This document shows, one piece after another, positions 9,746 through 19,001 of a DNA stretch of 64,000 bases. The stretch covers positions 160,001 through 224,000 of the forward strand of contig CAWHAA010000005.1 of the NCBI GenBank assembly GCA_963827275.1, in the 5' to 3' direction. The DNA is from an uncultured Spirochaetota bacterium. Its GTDB lineage: Bacteria > Spirochaetota > UBA4802 > UBA5550. The notes below the pieces were generated by a model. The model made no database searches and was not told the origin of the DNA. It was given only the letters and a program-made list of their open reading frames with translations. How positions within the stretch are numbered: position 1 is the first letter of the stretch; each line of letters begins with the position of its first letter. Made by a program: the position numbers and the translations under genes.

Positions 9746-11233
9746 ATGAAGAAACAGTTCATAATCTCCATTGACCTCGGTACAACCGGGAACAGGGTCT
9801 TCTGTTTTGATGAAAACGGGCTGCCCATATCCAGCGCGTACCGCGAGTTCACCCAGCACTTTCCGAAACCGGGATGGGTCGAGCACGATGCGGAAGAGAT
9901 ATGGGAATCGGTCAGCGCCCTCATCCCCCAGGCCATCGCGCGGGGGAACCTTGACCCTGCCGGCGCCATCGCCATCGGCATTACCAACCAGCGGGAGACG
10001 TCCCTCCTCTGGGACAAGACCAGCGGCAAGCCGATACACCGCGCGATCGTGTGGCAGTGCCGGCGCACCGCGGGCATCTGCAACGACCTGAAGCAGGCGG
10101 GCCACGAGAAGCTCTTCCGCGAGACCACCGGCCTCGTCATCGACGCGTATTTCTCCGGCACGAAAGTGAAATGGCTCCTCGACAACGTGCAGGGCGCCCG
10201 GGCCCTTGCCGGGAGCGGCAAGCTCCTCTTCGGCACCATCGACACCTGGATATTGTGGAAGCTGACCGACGGGGCCTCGCACGCGACCGATTATACCAAC
10301 GCGTCGCGCACCCTCATGTACGACATACGGAAGAAGCAGTGGTCGGACGAGCTGCTTGATATACTGTCCGTCCCGAAAAATATCCTTCCCGCGGTCATGG
10401 CGTCGGCGTCAAAATTCGGCGTCACGAAAAACGCGCCGGGGCTCCCGGACGGGATCGTCATTGGCGGCATCGCCGGCGACCAGCAGGCCGCCATGGTCGG
10501 GCAGAACTGCGTCGGCCCGGGGAGCTCCAAGAACACGTACGGCACCGGGTGCTTCATGCTGATGAACAACGGCGACAGGTTCATCATTTCCCGCAACGGC
10601 CTCCTCACCACCCTCTCCTGCGACGACGCCGGGCGCCCGGTGTACGCGCTGGAGGGCTCGGTCTTCATCGGCGGCGCCGTGGTCCAGTGGCTGCGCGATT
10701 ACCTGAAATTCTTCGCCGTCAGCGCCGATTCCGAGGAGATGGCGAGGTCGGTGGCCAAGGAGAGCAGCGTGGTCTTGGTCCCCGCCTTCGTGGGCCTGGG
10801 CGCCCCCCACTGGAACATGGACGCCCGCGGGGCAATTTTCGGTTTGACAAGAGACACGACAAGGGAAGAGATAGTAATGGCGGCGCTGAAATCAATAGCC
10901 CTGCAGTCGCGCGACCTCGTGGAAGCAATGCAGGAAGACACCGGGACCGCGGTGCCGGAACTGCGCGTCGACGGCGGGGCCACCAAAAACAGCTTTCTGA
11001 TGCAGTTTCAGGCCGATATCCTGAACATTCCGGTCCTGCTGCCGGAGATCACAGAATCGACCGCCCTGGGCGCCGCCTATCTGGCCGGCATAACGGGCGG
11101 CCTGTACGGATCAATCGGTGAAATTGCAAAGAACAACAGGATATCATCGCAATATATCCCGGGAATGAGCGGTGCGGAACGCGAGCAGCAGGTACGGCTC
11201 TGGAAAGAAGCGATACGCAGATTATTATTGTAA
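9746..11233 (+). CDS. glpK: Glycerol kinase
   Basis: DLGTTG, GITNQRET, WQCRRT, GDQQAA, KNTYGTG, YALEGS motifs; TTGACA-N18-TAACAT at 9673-9702. Confidence 0.97.
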   Translation: MKKQFIISIDLGTTGNRVFCFDENGLPISSAYREFTQHFPKPGWVEHDAEEIWESVSALIPQAIARGNLDPAGAIAIGITNQRETSLLWDKTSGKPIHRAIVWQCRRTAGICNDLKQAGHEKLFRETTGLVIDAYFSGTKVKWLLDNVQGARALAGSGKLLFGTIDTWILWKLTDGASHATDYTNASRTLMYDIRKKQWSDELLDILSVPKNILPAVMASASKFGVTKNAPGLPDGIVIGGIAGDQQAAMVGQNCVGPGSSKNTYGTGCFMLMNNGDRFIISRNGLLTTLSCDDAGRPVYALEGSVFIGGAVVQWLRDYLKFFAVSADSEEMARSVAKESSVVLVPAFVGLGAPHWNMDARGAIFGLTRDTTREEIVMAALKSIALQSRDLVEAMQEDTGTAVPELRVDGGATKNSFLMQFQADILNIPVLLPEITESTALGAAYLAGITGGLYGSIGEIAKNNRISSQYIPGMSGAEREQQVRLWKEAIRRLLL

Positions 11234-11275
11234 GAAACGATACATTTCAGTCATTATTATTTTGGGAGGAACACC

Positions 11276-11470
11276 ATGTCACGACCCCTGCTGGGAGAGA
11301 TACTCCTTGAGAGCAAGGAAATAACTCAGGAGCAGCTGGAAAAAGCCATAGAGGTGCAGAAAAAAGAGGGCGGCCTGATAGGGATTATCCTGGTAACCAT
11401 GGGGGCAATCACCGAGCAGACCCTGGTCAAGTACCTTGCCATCCAGGCAGAACGAGTCACTTCATCATAG
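11276..11470 (+). CDS. Stand-alone MshEN-like small protein
   Basis: Two tandem (x)LGxILxxxGxITxxxLxxxLxxQ half-motifs; GGGAGGA RBS. Confidence 0.75.
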   Translation: MSRPLLGEILLESKEITQEQLEKAIEVQKKEGGLIGIILVTMGAITEQTLVKYLAIQAERVTSS

Positions 11471-11476
11471 CCTGAA

Positions 11477-12130
11477 ATGACAAGGACCACCCTCTCACTA
11501 TCGGCATGCGCACTCATCGCCGCGATGTCGCTTTACGGATGCACCGCCGGACAGCTGACAAAGCGGCAGAAGCTCGAGCTGCACATCAAGCAGATCAAGG
11601 ACAACAACACGACAGCGTGCGTGGAAGGATGCATCGTGTTTGAAGGCGACAGCAACATCGAGCTGATCAATTTCCAGGTATACTTCACCGCGCCGGCGTG
11701 CAACTACGCCTACCGCGGCAGCACGACGAAAAACCTGCTGGAGCGCAAAGAGAAGATCGCACGGCTCAAGCCGTCGGCCATAGTCATGCTGGCAGGCGGC
11801 AACGATCTCCTCGGAAAAATCCCGATCGACCAGATCGACCGCAATTACGGAGAGCTGATCCGTTATTACCGGTCCATCTGCGGCAAGGTGTACTGCATCA
11901 GCAACCTTCCCGTACAACCCGGCATCATCATTGAAAATTCAACATTGGAGCAGCTGAACGCGCGCCTCAGGCAGACCTGCGCCGCGCTGGGGGCGGTATA
12001 CGTGCCGGCGTTTCCGCATCTCACAAAAAGAGGGGGGTTGAACCCGAAGTACGCGATGGACCCGGTCCACCTCAACAGGACCGGGCACGATGTGCTGGCA
12101 GACGTTCTGAAGAAATATTTGGATCAATAG
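11477..12130 (+). CDS. SGNH/GDSL hydrolase lipoprotein
   Basis: Lipobox LYGC, EGDSN, GGNDL, DPVH. Confidence 0.85.
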   Translation: MTRTTLSLSACALIAAMSLYGCTAGQLTKRQKLELHIKQIKDNNTTACVEGCIVFEGDSNIELINFQVYFTAPACNYAYRGSTTKNLLERKEKIARLKPSAIVMLAGGNDLLGKIPIDQIDRNYGELIRYYRSICGKVYCISNLPVQPGIIIENSTLEQLNARLRQTCAALGAVYVPAFPHLTKRGGLNPKYAMDPVHLNRTGHDVLADVLKKYLDQ

Positions 12131-12140
12131 CCCCGCAGGG

Positions 12141-13172
12141 TCATTTCACTTCGTAGAGCCACCCGTGGCCGTCCTCGTAATCGCCCGTCTGTATCTGCGT
12201 CAGCCGTTCATAGAGCTTCGTGATCGCCGGCCCGGCATGCTCGCCGTCGCCGAAACTGTAGTCCCGGTCCCTGAACCGGATCAGGTTGACCGGGGTGATG
12301 ACCGCCGCAGTGCCCACCGCGCCCACCTCGTCGAAAGAGGCGAGCTCGGTCGCCTCAATCGGCCGCCGTTCAACGTCCATGCCAAGGTCGCTCGCGATGA
12401 CCGACAGGCTGTCGTTCGTGATGCTCGGCAGTATGCTGTTCGATTTCGGCGTGAGATAGGTGTTCCCGCGTATGGCGATAAAGTTCGATGTGCTGAATTC
12501 GTCGATGTAGCGCTTCTCGCGGGAATCCAGGTAGAGCACCACCGGGTACCCGCGTTCCTTCCCGTAATGGGCGCCGCCCAGCCCGGCGGCGTAGTTCCCG
12601 CCCACCTTGCAGTCGCCGACGCCCTGGGGCGCCGCCCGGTCGAAATCCTCAACGATCATCGCCTTGACCGGCTTGAACCCGCCCTTGTAGTAGGGGCCCA
12701 CGGGCGTGGCGAACATTATGAAAAGGTACTCGGATGCCGGCCCGAGGCCCACCCTGGCGCCGGTGCCGATGGCAAGGGGACGGATGTACATGCTCGCGCC
12801 GGTGCCGTACGGGGGCAGGTATTTCCAGTTTGCATTCACCACTTTTTGCACCGCGTCCAGGAATAACTCATCCGGGATCTGCGGGATAAAGATCCTCTCG
12901 CAGCTCTTTTGCAGGCGCCTGCTGTTTTCAACCGGGCGGAACACCACTGCCCTCCCGTCCTTTGTCTCAAACGCCTTCAGCCCCTCAAAGGCCTCCTGGC
13001 CGTAATGCAGCGACGGGGCCGCCATGTGAAGGGGGATGTTTTCATCGGATACGATCTCCCCTTTCGACCATGAGCCGTCTTTCCAGTGGTACCGGACATT
13101 AAAATCCGTCTTGTTGTACTCGAATGCCAGGTTTTTCCAATCAAGCGGGGCTTTTGTTTTCTTCATATTCAT
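12141..13172 (-). CDS. ilvE: Branched-chain amino acid aminotransferase
   Basis: LHYGQEAFEGLKA, YIRP, KVGGNYA, ILPSIT, GTAAVITP; exact start uncertain. Confidence 0.95.
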   Translation of the reverse strand: MNMKKTKAPLDWKNLAFEYNKTDFNVRYHWKDGSWSKGEIVSDENIPLHMAAPSLHYGQEAFEGLKAFETKDGRAVVFRPVENSRRLQKSCERIFIPQIPDELFLDAVQKVVNANWKYLPPYGTGASMYIRPLAIGTGARVGLGPASEYLFIMFATPVGPYYKGGFKPVKAMIVEDFDRAAPQGVGDCKVGGNYAAGLGGAHYGKERGYPVVLYLDSREKRYIDEFSTSNFIAIRGNTYLTPKSNSILPSITNDSLSVIASDLGMDVERRPIEATELASFDEVGAVGTAAVITPVNLIRFRDRDYSFGDGEHAGPAITKLYERLTQIQTGDYEDGHGWLYEVK

Positions 13173-13323
13173 AACCATTTCCAGATACGCATAGAATGTA
13201 ACGGTTTTTCCCATTCCCGGGCAACCGCCCGGCAACACCGTCATAATTATAAATTAAGGGATAGTTTCAGTTAAAACAATCAAAATTGTCAAGGATAAAG
13301 AAGAGGCGGCCGGTTGATTTTTT

Positions 13324-14721
13324 CTACGGCTGCGCCAGGAGGCGCCTGATGCTCTCCAGCTGCGCCAGCACTTCCTTCCGGGAGGTGCTCCCGGCGGAGG
13401 CCTTGCGCTCAACCGAGCTTTCCGGGTTCATGATTTCAACAATATCATCCCCGAAATCAGGAGAAAATTCCCTCATCTGGGCGGCGGTAAGGGAAAAAAA
13501 GTCGGCCCCCCGCTCCTCGCAGGACCGGACGATCCGTCCCACTATTTCATGCGACTTCCGGAACGGCACGCCCTTGCGGGCAAGGTAGTCCGCCACGTCC
13601 GTTGCGGTGGAAAAATTGCCGTACACGGCGTCCTTCATCCTCTCACTGCGGATTTCCATAGTAGAGAGCATCTCTATCATGCCGGCAAGGGAGAGCTTGA
13701 TCGTGTCCACCGAATCGAACAGGCGCTCCTTGTCCTCCTGGAGGTCGCGGTTGTAGGCCATGGGCAGCCCCTTCAGGACAGTCAGGAGCGCGACCAGGTC
13801 GCCCAGGAGCCTCCCGGATTTCCCGCGAATGATCTCCGCGATGTCCGGGTTGCGTTTCTGCGGCATGATGGAGGAGCCGGTGGTGACGCCGTCGCCCAGC
13901 CGTATGAAGCCGAACTCGGTTGACGACCAGAGGACCAGCTCTTCGCAGAAGCGCGACAGCCGCACGCCGCAGACCGACGCGAAATAGAGAAAATCGAGTA
14001 TGAAGTCCCGATCGCTCACCGCGTCCATGGAGTTGGGGACCAGCTCCGCAAAGCCCAGCTCCCTGCTGACGAACTCGCGGTCAACCGGGTAGTTGAGCCC
14101 GGCGAGCGCCCCCGCACCGAGCGGCATGCGCGAGCAGGCGCGGACCGCCGCCTCAAGCCTGCCCGCGTCGCGGAGCAGCCCCCACGCATAGGCGAGCATG
14201 TGCTGGCTGAAGCGCACGGGCTGCGCCACCTGGAGATGGGTGTAGCCGGGCATGATGACGTCTATGTTCTTCTCCGCGACCCCCCCCAGGGTTTCGACCA
14301 GGGATATCAGCAGTCCCCGCACCTCCGCCGCCTCGTCACGCAGGTAGAGGCGCATGTCCAGCGCCACCTGGTCGTTGCGCGAACGCGCGGTATGGAGCTT
14401 CCTGCCCGCGTCGCCGATCCGCTCCGTCAGCGCGGACTCGATGTTCATGTGCACGTCCTCGAGTGACTCTGAAAACCGGAACGTGCCCGCTTCGATCTCC
14501 CGGCCGATGGCCGCAAGCCCGTCGAGGATATCGGAGAGCTCCTTTTGCGACAGGATGCCGATCCGCCCGAGCATCTTCGCATGCGCCATCGACCCGCGGA
14601 TGTCCTGCCGCCAGAGGCGCGAATCAAACCGGACCGACGCGGAGATCTGCTCCGCAGTGCCGGACAGCGCGCCGGTAAACCGGCCGCCCCAGGGCTTTTT
14701 CTGTTCTTTGTCCTTTGCCAT
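13324..14721 (-). CDS. argH: Argininosuccinate lyase
   Basis: WGGRF, HTARSRNDQ, GSSIMPQKRNPD. Confidence 0.97.
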   Translation of the reverse strand: MAKDKEQKKPWGGRFTGALSGTAEQISASVRFDSRLWRQDIRGSMAHAKMLGRIGILSQKELSDILDGLAAIGREIEAGTFRFSESLEDVHMNIESALTERIGDAGRKLHTARSRNDQVALDMRLYLRDEAAEVRGLLISLVETLGGVAEKNIDVIMPGYTHLQVAQPVRFSQHMLAYAWGLLRDAGRLEAAVRACSRMPLGAGALAGLNYPVDREFVSRELGFAELVPNSMDAVSDRDFILDFLYFASVCGVRLSRFCEELVLWSSTEFGFIRLGDGVTTGSSIMPQKRNPDIAEIIRGKSGRLLGDLVALLTVLKGLPMAYNRDLQEDKERLFDSVDTIKLSLAGMIEMLSTMEIRSERMKDAVYGNFSTATDVADYLARKGVPFRKSHEIVGRIVRSCEERGADFFSLTAAQMREFSPDFGDDIVEIMNPESSVERKASAGSTSRKEVLAQLESIRRLLAQP

Positions 14722-14853
14722 GTTTCGGTTCCTGTCTGATTATTGTTCCGGCGACACCCGGGCACCGATAGTTCACGATGCGCACTACTCTTGGCATGCT
14801 CTTTTAAAAAATCAAGTCATTAATGGGATCTGCCGCTGATACTGCCGGCGGCG

Positions 14854-15702
14854 TCACAGGTCTTCAGCGCCGAACGTATCGCCGTCCTGGATGGTCCCCG
14901 ATTTGAACCCCCGGTAGAACCATTTCGACCGCTGCTCTGACGTCCCGTGGGTGAAGCTGTCGGGCACCGCGTACCCGCGGGCGTTTTTCTGTATGCGGTC
15001 GTCGCCGACGGCGCTCGCGGCGGTAAGGGCTTCCTCGATGTCGCCCTCCTCCAGGACCTTCATCCGCTCGGCGAAATGCGACCAGACGCCGGCGTAGTAG
15101 TCGGCCTGCAGCTCGAGCCGCACAAGGTATCTGTTGAATTCAGCCTCGCCCAGCCGCGACTGGAGGGCATTGACTTTGCCGAGGACCCCCAGGAGGTTCT
15201 GGACATGGTGCCCCACCTCGTGTGCGATGACGTACGCCATCGCGAAATCGCCTGACGCCTTGAACCTGGTCTGGAGCTCGTTGTAAAAGCTCAGGTCAAT
15301 GTATACCTTCTCGTCCGCGGGGCAGTAAAACGGACCGGTCGATCCGCCCGACCTGCCGCACGCCGACTCAACGCTGCCGGAATAGATCACGAGCTTCGGC
15401 ATCCGGTATTCAACCCCTTCTTTCTGCAACAGGTCCGACCAGACGTCCTCGGTATCCGCAAGGACCACTGAAACGAACTTCGCGAGCTCGTTCTCCTCCG
15501 CCGAACCCTCGTAGGTTGACGCGGTCTCCGGCGTGTTTACCTGCAGGTTATTAAGGACCGCCGAAGGATCGCCGCCGAGCAGATAGATCGCAAGGACCAG
15601 GACGATGGTCCCCAAACCGCCGCCCACGCCCACGGCCCGTCTCGACACTCCTCCGCGCTGGTCTTCGACATTCGAGCTTTCCCTTCTTCCTTTCCAGATC
15701 AT
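14854..15702 (-). CDS. Neutral zinc metallopeptidase (YpfJ-like)
   Basis: GRRESSNVED, GPFYCPAD, AHEVGHH, ELQAD, SFTHGTS. Confidence 0.92.
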   Translation of the reverse strand: MIWKGRRESSNVEDQRGGVSRRAVGVGGGLGTIVLVLAIYLLGGDPSAVLNNLQVNTPETASTYEGSAEENELAKFVSVVLADTEDVWSDLLQKEGVEYRMPKLVIYSGSVESACGRSGGSTGPFYCPADEKVYIDLSFYNELQTRFKASGDFAMAYVIAHEVGHHVQNLLGVLGKVNALQSRLGEAEFNRYLVRLELQADYYAGVWSHFAERMKVLEEGDIEEALTAASAVGDDRIQKNARGYAVPDSFTHGTSEQRSKWFYRGFKSGTIQDGDTFGAEDL

Positions 15703-15783
15703 GGCATCCACCTCGCCGTTATCGTTCGGTATAGCATTCCCCGCCGGGCGCCGCACCATCCCGCGCGGCGGGCCCTTTGAAGC

Positions 15784-16323
15784 TCATTTCGCCTGTTCCC
15801 GGGCGTACGCAACACCCCTGATGATATACCAGGCGCCCTTCCCCGTGCGGCGCTTCTGTTCCCTGCCCGTCACCAGCACCATTCCGCACCGCAACGCCGC
15901 GGCCTTTTTCTTCAGCTGCGCCTCGGCTTCCCTGCGCGCCGCCGCTGCGCCGCCGGCTTTCAGCGGGGAGGCCGCTTCTATGGCGCCCCGTTTATGCAGG
16001 CAGGCAACATCCTTTTTGGATTGAGTAAGTCGCACGTCCGTCCATGAGAGCTGCCTGTCCGGTCGCATCGCGGCGGGATTGAGCTCCTGGGCTATGCCGT
16101 TATGGTAGATTATCTTATGAACATCCTTCCTATCAACCCGGTCCCAATCGGATTTTTCAACATTAACGAAATCAACATGGGCCGCCGTTACGGAAGTCAC
16201 CTTGGCGGGAATCGTTTTGCCGTTTTTCAGATAAATTGTATCGATCTTCTCATCATGACCCGCGAGGGATGAAACCGTTAAGTATAAAACAGCCGAGCCC
16301 AGCAATATCAACAATCGTTTCAT
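15784..16323 (-). CDS. Hypothetical exported protein
   Basis: Signal peptide and D.IYLKNG..I.AKV motif. Confidence 0.6.
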   Translation of the reverse strand: MKRLLILLGSAVLYLTVSSLAGHDEKIDTIYLKNGKTIPAKVTSVTAAHVDFVNVEKSDWDRVDRKDVHKIIYHNGIAQELNPAAMRPDRQLSWTDVRLTQSKKDVACLHKRGAIEAASPLKAGGAAAARREAEAQLKKKAAALRCGMVLVTGREQKRRTGKGAWYIIRGVAYAREQAK

Positions 16324-16454
16324 ACCGGTTGACCTTTAGATATATATAGTAATAAAAAAATTCTTATTCAATTAAATTGATCGAATATTACACCAAGGCA
16401 CAATGATTAGTGACCACGCGATTTTATATTTTGTCAACCTGAAAAAATAGCCGG

Positions 16455-17714
16455 TCAATGGTGCGCCCGCGAGAGCTTTTTCGCGTTAAGGAGGAGGGAG
16501 AGCAGGCCCCCGGCAAGCGACGCACACCCGGCGATGACAAAGGCGAGCGTGTACGAGCCGCAGGCGTCGGCGACCCGGCCCGACACGAACGGGGCGAGCG
16601 CCTGCCCTATCCCGAAAAAAAGCGTGATGAATCCGAGGGCCGCGGGCGCCAGTTTCGGGCCAAGTATGTCGCCGGATACGGCCGCCATGATCGCCGGGAT
16701 GCTCCAGGCGGTCAGGGCGAATATGAGCGAGGAGACGAGGTAGCCCGGCATGGCTTTCCAGAGGCCGAACAGCAGGTAGCACACGCACTGTAAAAAGAAG
16801 ACGCAGGCGAGGCCGTATTTCCGCCCGAACCTGTCGGACACCGAGCCCCAGATAAAACCGCTTATGATGCTGATCACCCCGATGAGCGACCAGAGGCCCC
16901 CCGCCCGTTCAAGGGTGAAGCCGGCCTCCCAGTTAAGGTAGCGGACAAAAAAAGTCGTATAGATGATGTACGAAAATCCGAACAGGAAATAGACCAGGGC
17001 CAGGTGCCACACGGAAAACGACCGGTACACGAGGCGCCATGATTCGATCAGGGAATAGGATTTCTGCGCGGAAGCCGGCCCGGGAGACGGCCTGCCCCCG
17101 GCACCCACCGGCGCAAGCCCTTTTTCGGACGGCGAGTCCCTCAGGAATATGCCGCACAGGACCGCGATTACGAGCGCCAGGGCCGAGAGAAAAAACCATG
17201 AATGCCGCCAGCCGTCCGCGCCGCCGGCCTCCATTATGAGCGGGATCATCAGCCCGGTGATGAGCAGGCCGAAGCTTGACCCGCTCACGGTGATGCCGGC
17301 GGCAAGTCCCCTCCGCGACATCGCGAACCAGCCGACCACCAGCCCCATCACCGGGATGTTCGTGCCCCCGCCCCCCATGCCGGCGAGGAGACGGCCGGCC
17401 CACGCGGTCCCGAAGCCGGGCGCCAGCCCCGTGACCAGCATTGACAGGGACACAAGCAGCATGAAGGCGGTGATGATCCTCCTGGGGCTGAAGTGCGCCG
17501 AGAGGAAGCCGCAGGCGATCGCAAGCGCGAGGTACCCGACCATGTTCGCCGTGGCAAGGTCGCCGGCCTGCGCGTCGGAAAGGCCGAGCCCCGCCTTCAT
17601 CCCGGGCAGTATCATGGTATAGCCGAACCGCGCGAACCCGAGCGCGCCGGTGACGGTGGCCACGCCGACTGCAAGTATCGCGTAGCCGTAGTGGAAGCGT
17701 GATTTATTATTCAT
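16455..17714 (-). CDS. MFS transporter (YbfB/YjiJ-like)
   Basis: About 12 TM helices, GFARFGY, SDRFGRK motif A. Confidence 0.9.
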   Translation of the reverse strand: MNNKSRFHYGYAILAVGVATVTGALGFARFGYTMILPGMKAGLGLSDAQAGDLATANMVGYLALAIACGFLSAHFSPRRIITAFMLLVSLSMLVTGLAPGFGTAWAGRLLAGMGGGGTNIPVMGLVVGWFAMSRRGLAAGITVSGSSFGLLITGLMIPLIMEAGGADGWRHSWFFLSALALVIAVLCGIFLRDSPSEKGLAPVGAGGRPSPGPASAQKSYSLIESWRLVYRSFSVWHLALVYFLFGFSYIIYTTFFVRYLNWEAGFTLERAGGLWSLIGVISIISGFIWGSVSDRFGRKYGLACVFFLQCVCYLLFGLWKAMPGYLVSSLIFALTAWSIPAIMAAVSGDILGPKLAPAALGFITLFFGIGQALAPFVSGRVADACGSYTLAFVIAGCASLAGGLLSLLLNAKKLSRAHH

Positions 17715-17822
17715 GGTTGTATTTGGAATAATTTGAGTGCTGGATACATATCTGAAAAATTCCACGCTGGATTGTCAAGGAGAATACAAGCGGATCGTGC
17801 CGGGAAATACCTCTCGATGTCA

Positions 17823-17849
17823 GTCCCCCTGAATCCCCTGGAGGGGGAC
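17823..17849. repeat. REP-like hairpin
   Basis: GTCCCCCT-GAATCCCCTGG-AGGGGGAC intergenic inverted repeat. Confidence 0.4.
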
Positions 17850-17981
17850 CTGTAATTTCACCGGCAAAAAGAGGATCATCTGTAAAAAATTAATCGAAAG
17901 GATACACCCGGGACACAATGGTATGATTTTTTGAAAATGAATTTGCCCGGCCCCCCCACCAGAGGGGCATGGGGGCTTACG

Positions 17982-18998
17982 CTACGTGCGGGCAATCTTT
18001 TCCATGAGCAGGCTGATAAAGTCGCCCATGTTTTCCAGCGCCGGCTTGATCTCGTATTCAAGGATGTCCGACAGGCTGATGATGTCGCCGTTTTCCATGA
18101 TTGTCGTCACTTCATGCAGGAGATCACGGAGGAGGCGGTTTTTCTGCTCCAGGCTCTCGCCGCCGACCTCGATCGCGGAGAGATCGACCCCGAACACCGG
18201 CGCCACCTGGTAACAGGTGCGGGTATACCGGTAGATGAAATCGGCAAAGTTCTTCAGCCGCTCCGACCCCTCTGCGTCTTTACCGGTCTGGTAGGCCACG
18301 GCCGCGGCCTGCAGGCCGGCAAGCTGCTCTCCGAGCTCTTCCCCGATCTGGCGGACCGACGAGATGAGGACATCGGGCGAATCAATGCTCCGTACAATCA
18401 GCGAGCGCATCTCGTCGCCCAGGATGAGCATCCTGAAGATCTGCCTGATGTCGGCAAAGACGTTCCTGTTGTCCCGGACCATCGTCATGATGCTGTCGCC
18501 GTCAGCGCCCGCGAGTCCGTCGCGGAATTCCTCAACCGTGCGTATGTGCCGCGACAGGTCGCGGTCCCCGTATTTCAAGAGCTTGTAATCAAGCCCGAGG
18601 AGGGAGCACACCCGCTCCAGTACCTCGAGGACCCAGGAAATACCGGCGACAAGGTCGTCAATGTCGCCCCGGCTGGAGGAACCGGACGCCAGCATGCCGT
18701 CCAGGTATGACGACGCCCGCTCACAGTAACGCGCCGCTTCTTCTACCGAGGAAAAAACTATGTCCGCCCTTGAATGCACGATGCAGTTAATGGCCTTCAC
18801 GCCGTCGAGGCCGATGTCGGGGGCGCCGTCCGCGGGATAGCGCTCATCATCCACGTAGAGCTCGGAAAAGACGAGGTCGCGCTCGCGGGTCCATTCCGCG
18901 ACCGATTTGACCACATCGGACACCTTCCCTTCCCGCTCCAGCTCGAAATCGACCGGGCAATCATTGATCAGGACTTCCACCGCGCACCTCTTCACCAT
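17982..18998 (-). CDS. Conserved hypothetical protein co-transcribed with fliD
   Basis: Starts 3 nt after the fliD stop; helical, C-terminal DIISLSDILEYEI motif. Confidence 0.7.
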   Translation of the reverse strand: MVKRCAVEVLINDCPVDFELEREGKVSDVVKSVAEWTRERDLVFSELYVDDERYPADGAPDIGLDGVKAINCIVHSRADIVFSSVEEAARYCERASSYLDGMLASGSSSRGDIDDLVAGISWVLEVLERVCSLLGLDYKLLKYGDRDLSRHIRTVEEFRDGLAGADGDSIMTMVRDNRNVFADIRQIFRMLILGDEMRSLIVRSIDSPDVLISSVRQIGEELGEQLAGLQAAAVAYQTGKDAEGSERLKNFADFIYRYTRTCYQVAPVFGVDLSAIEVGGESLEQKNRLLRDLLHEVTTIMENGDIISLSDILEYEIKPALENMGDFISLLMEKIART

Positions 18999-19001
18999 TG
19001 A

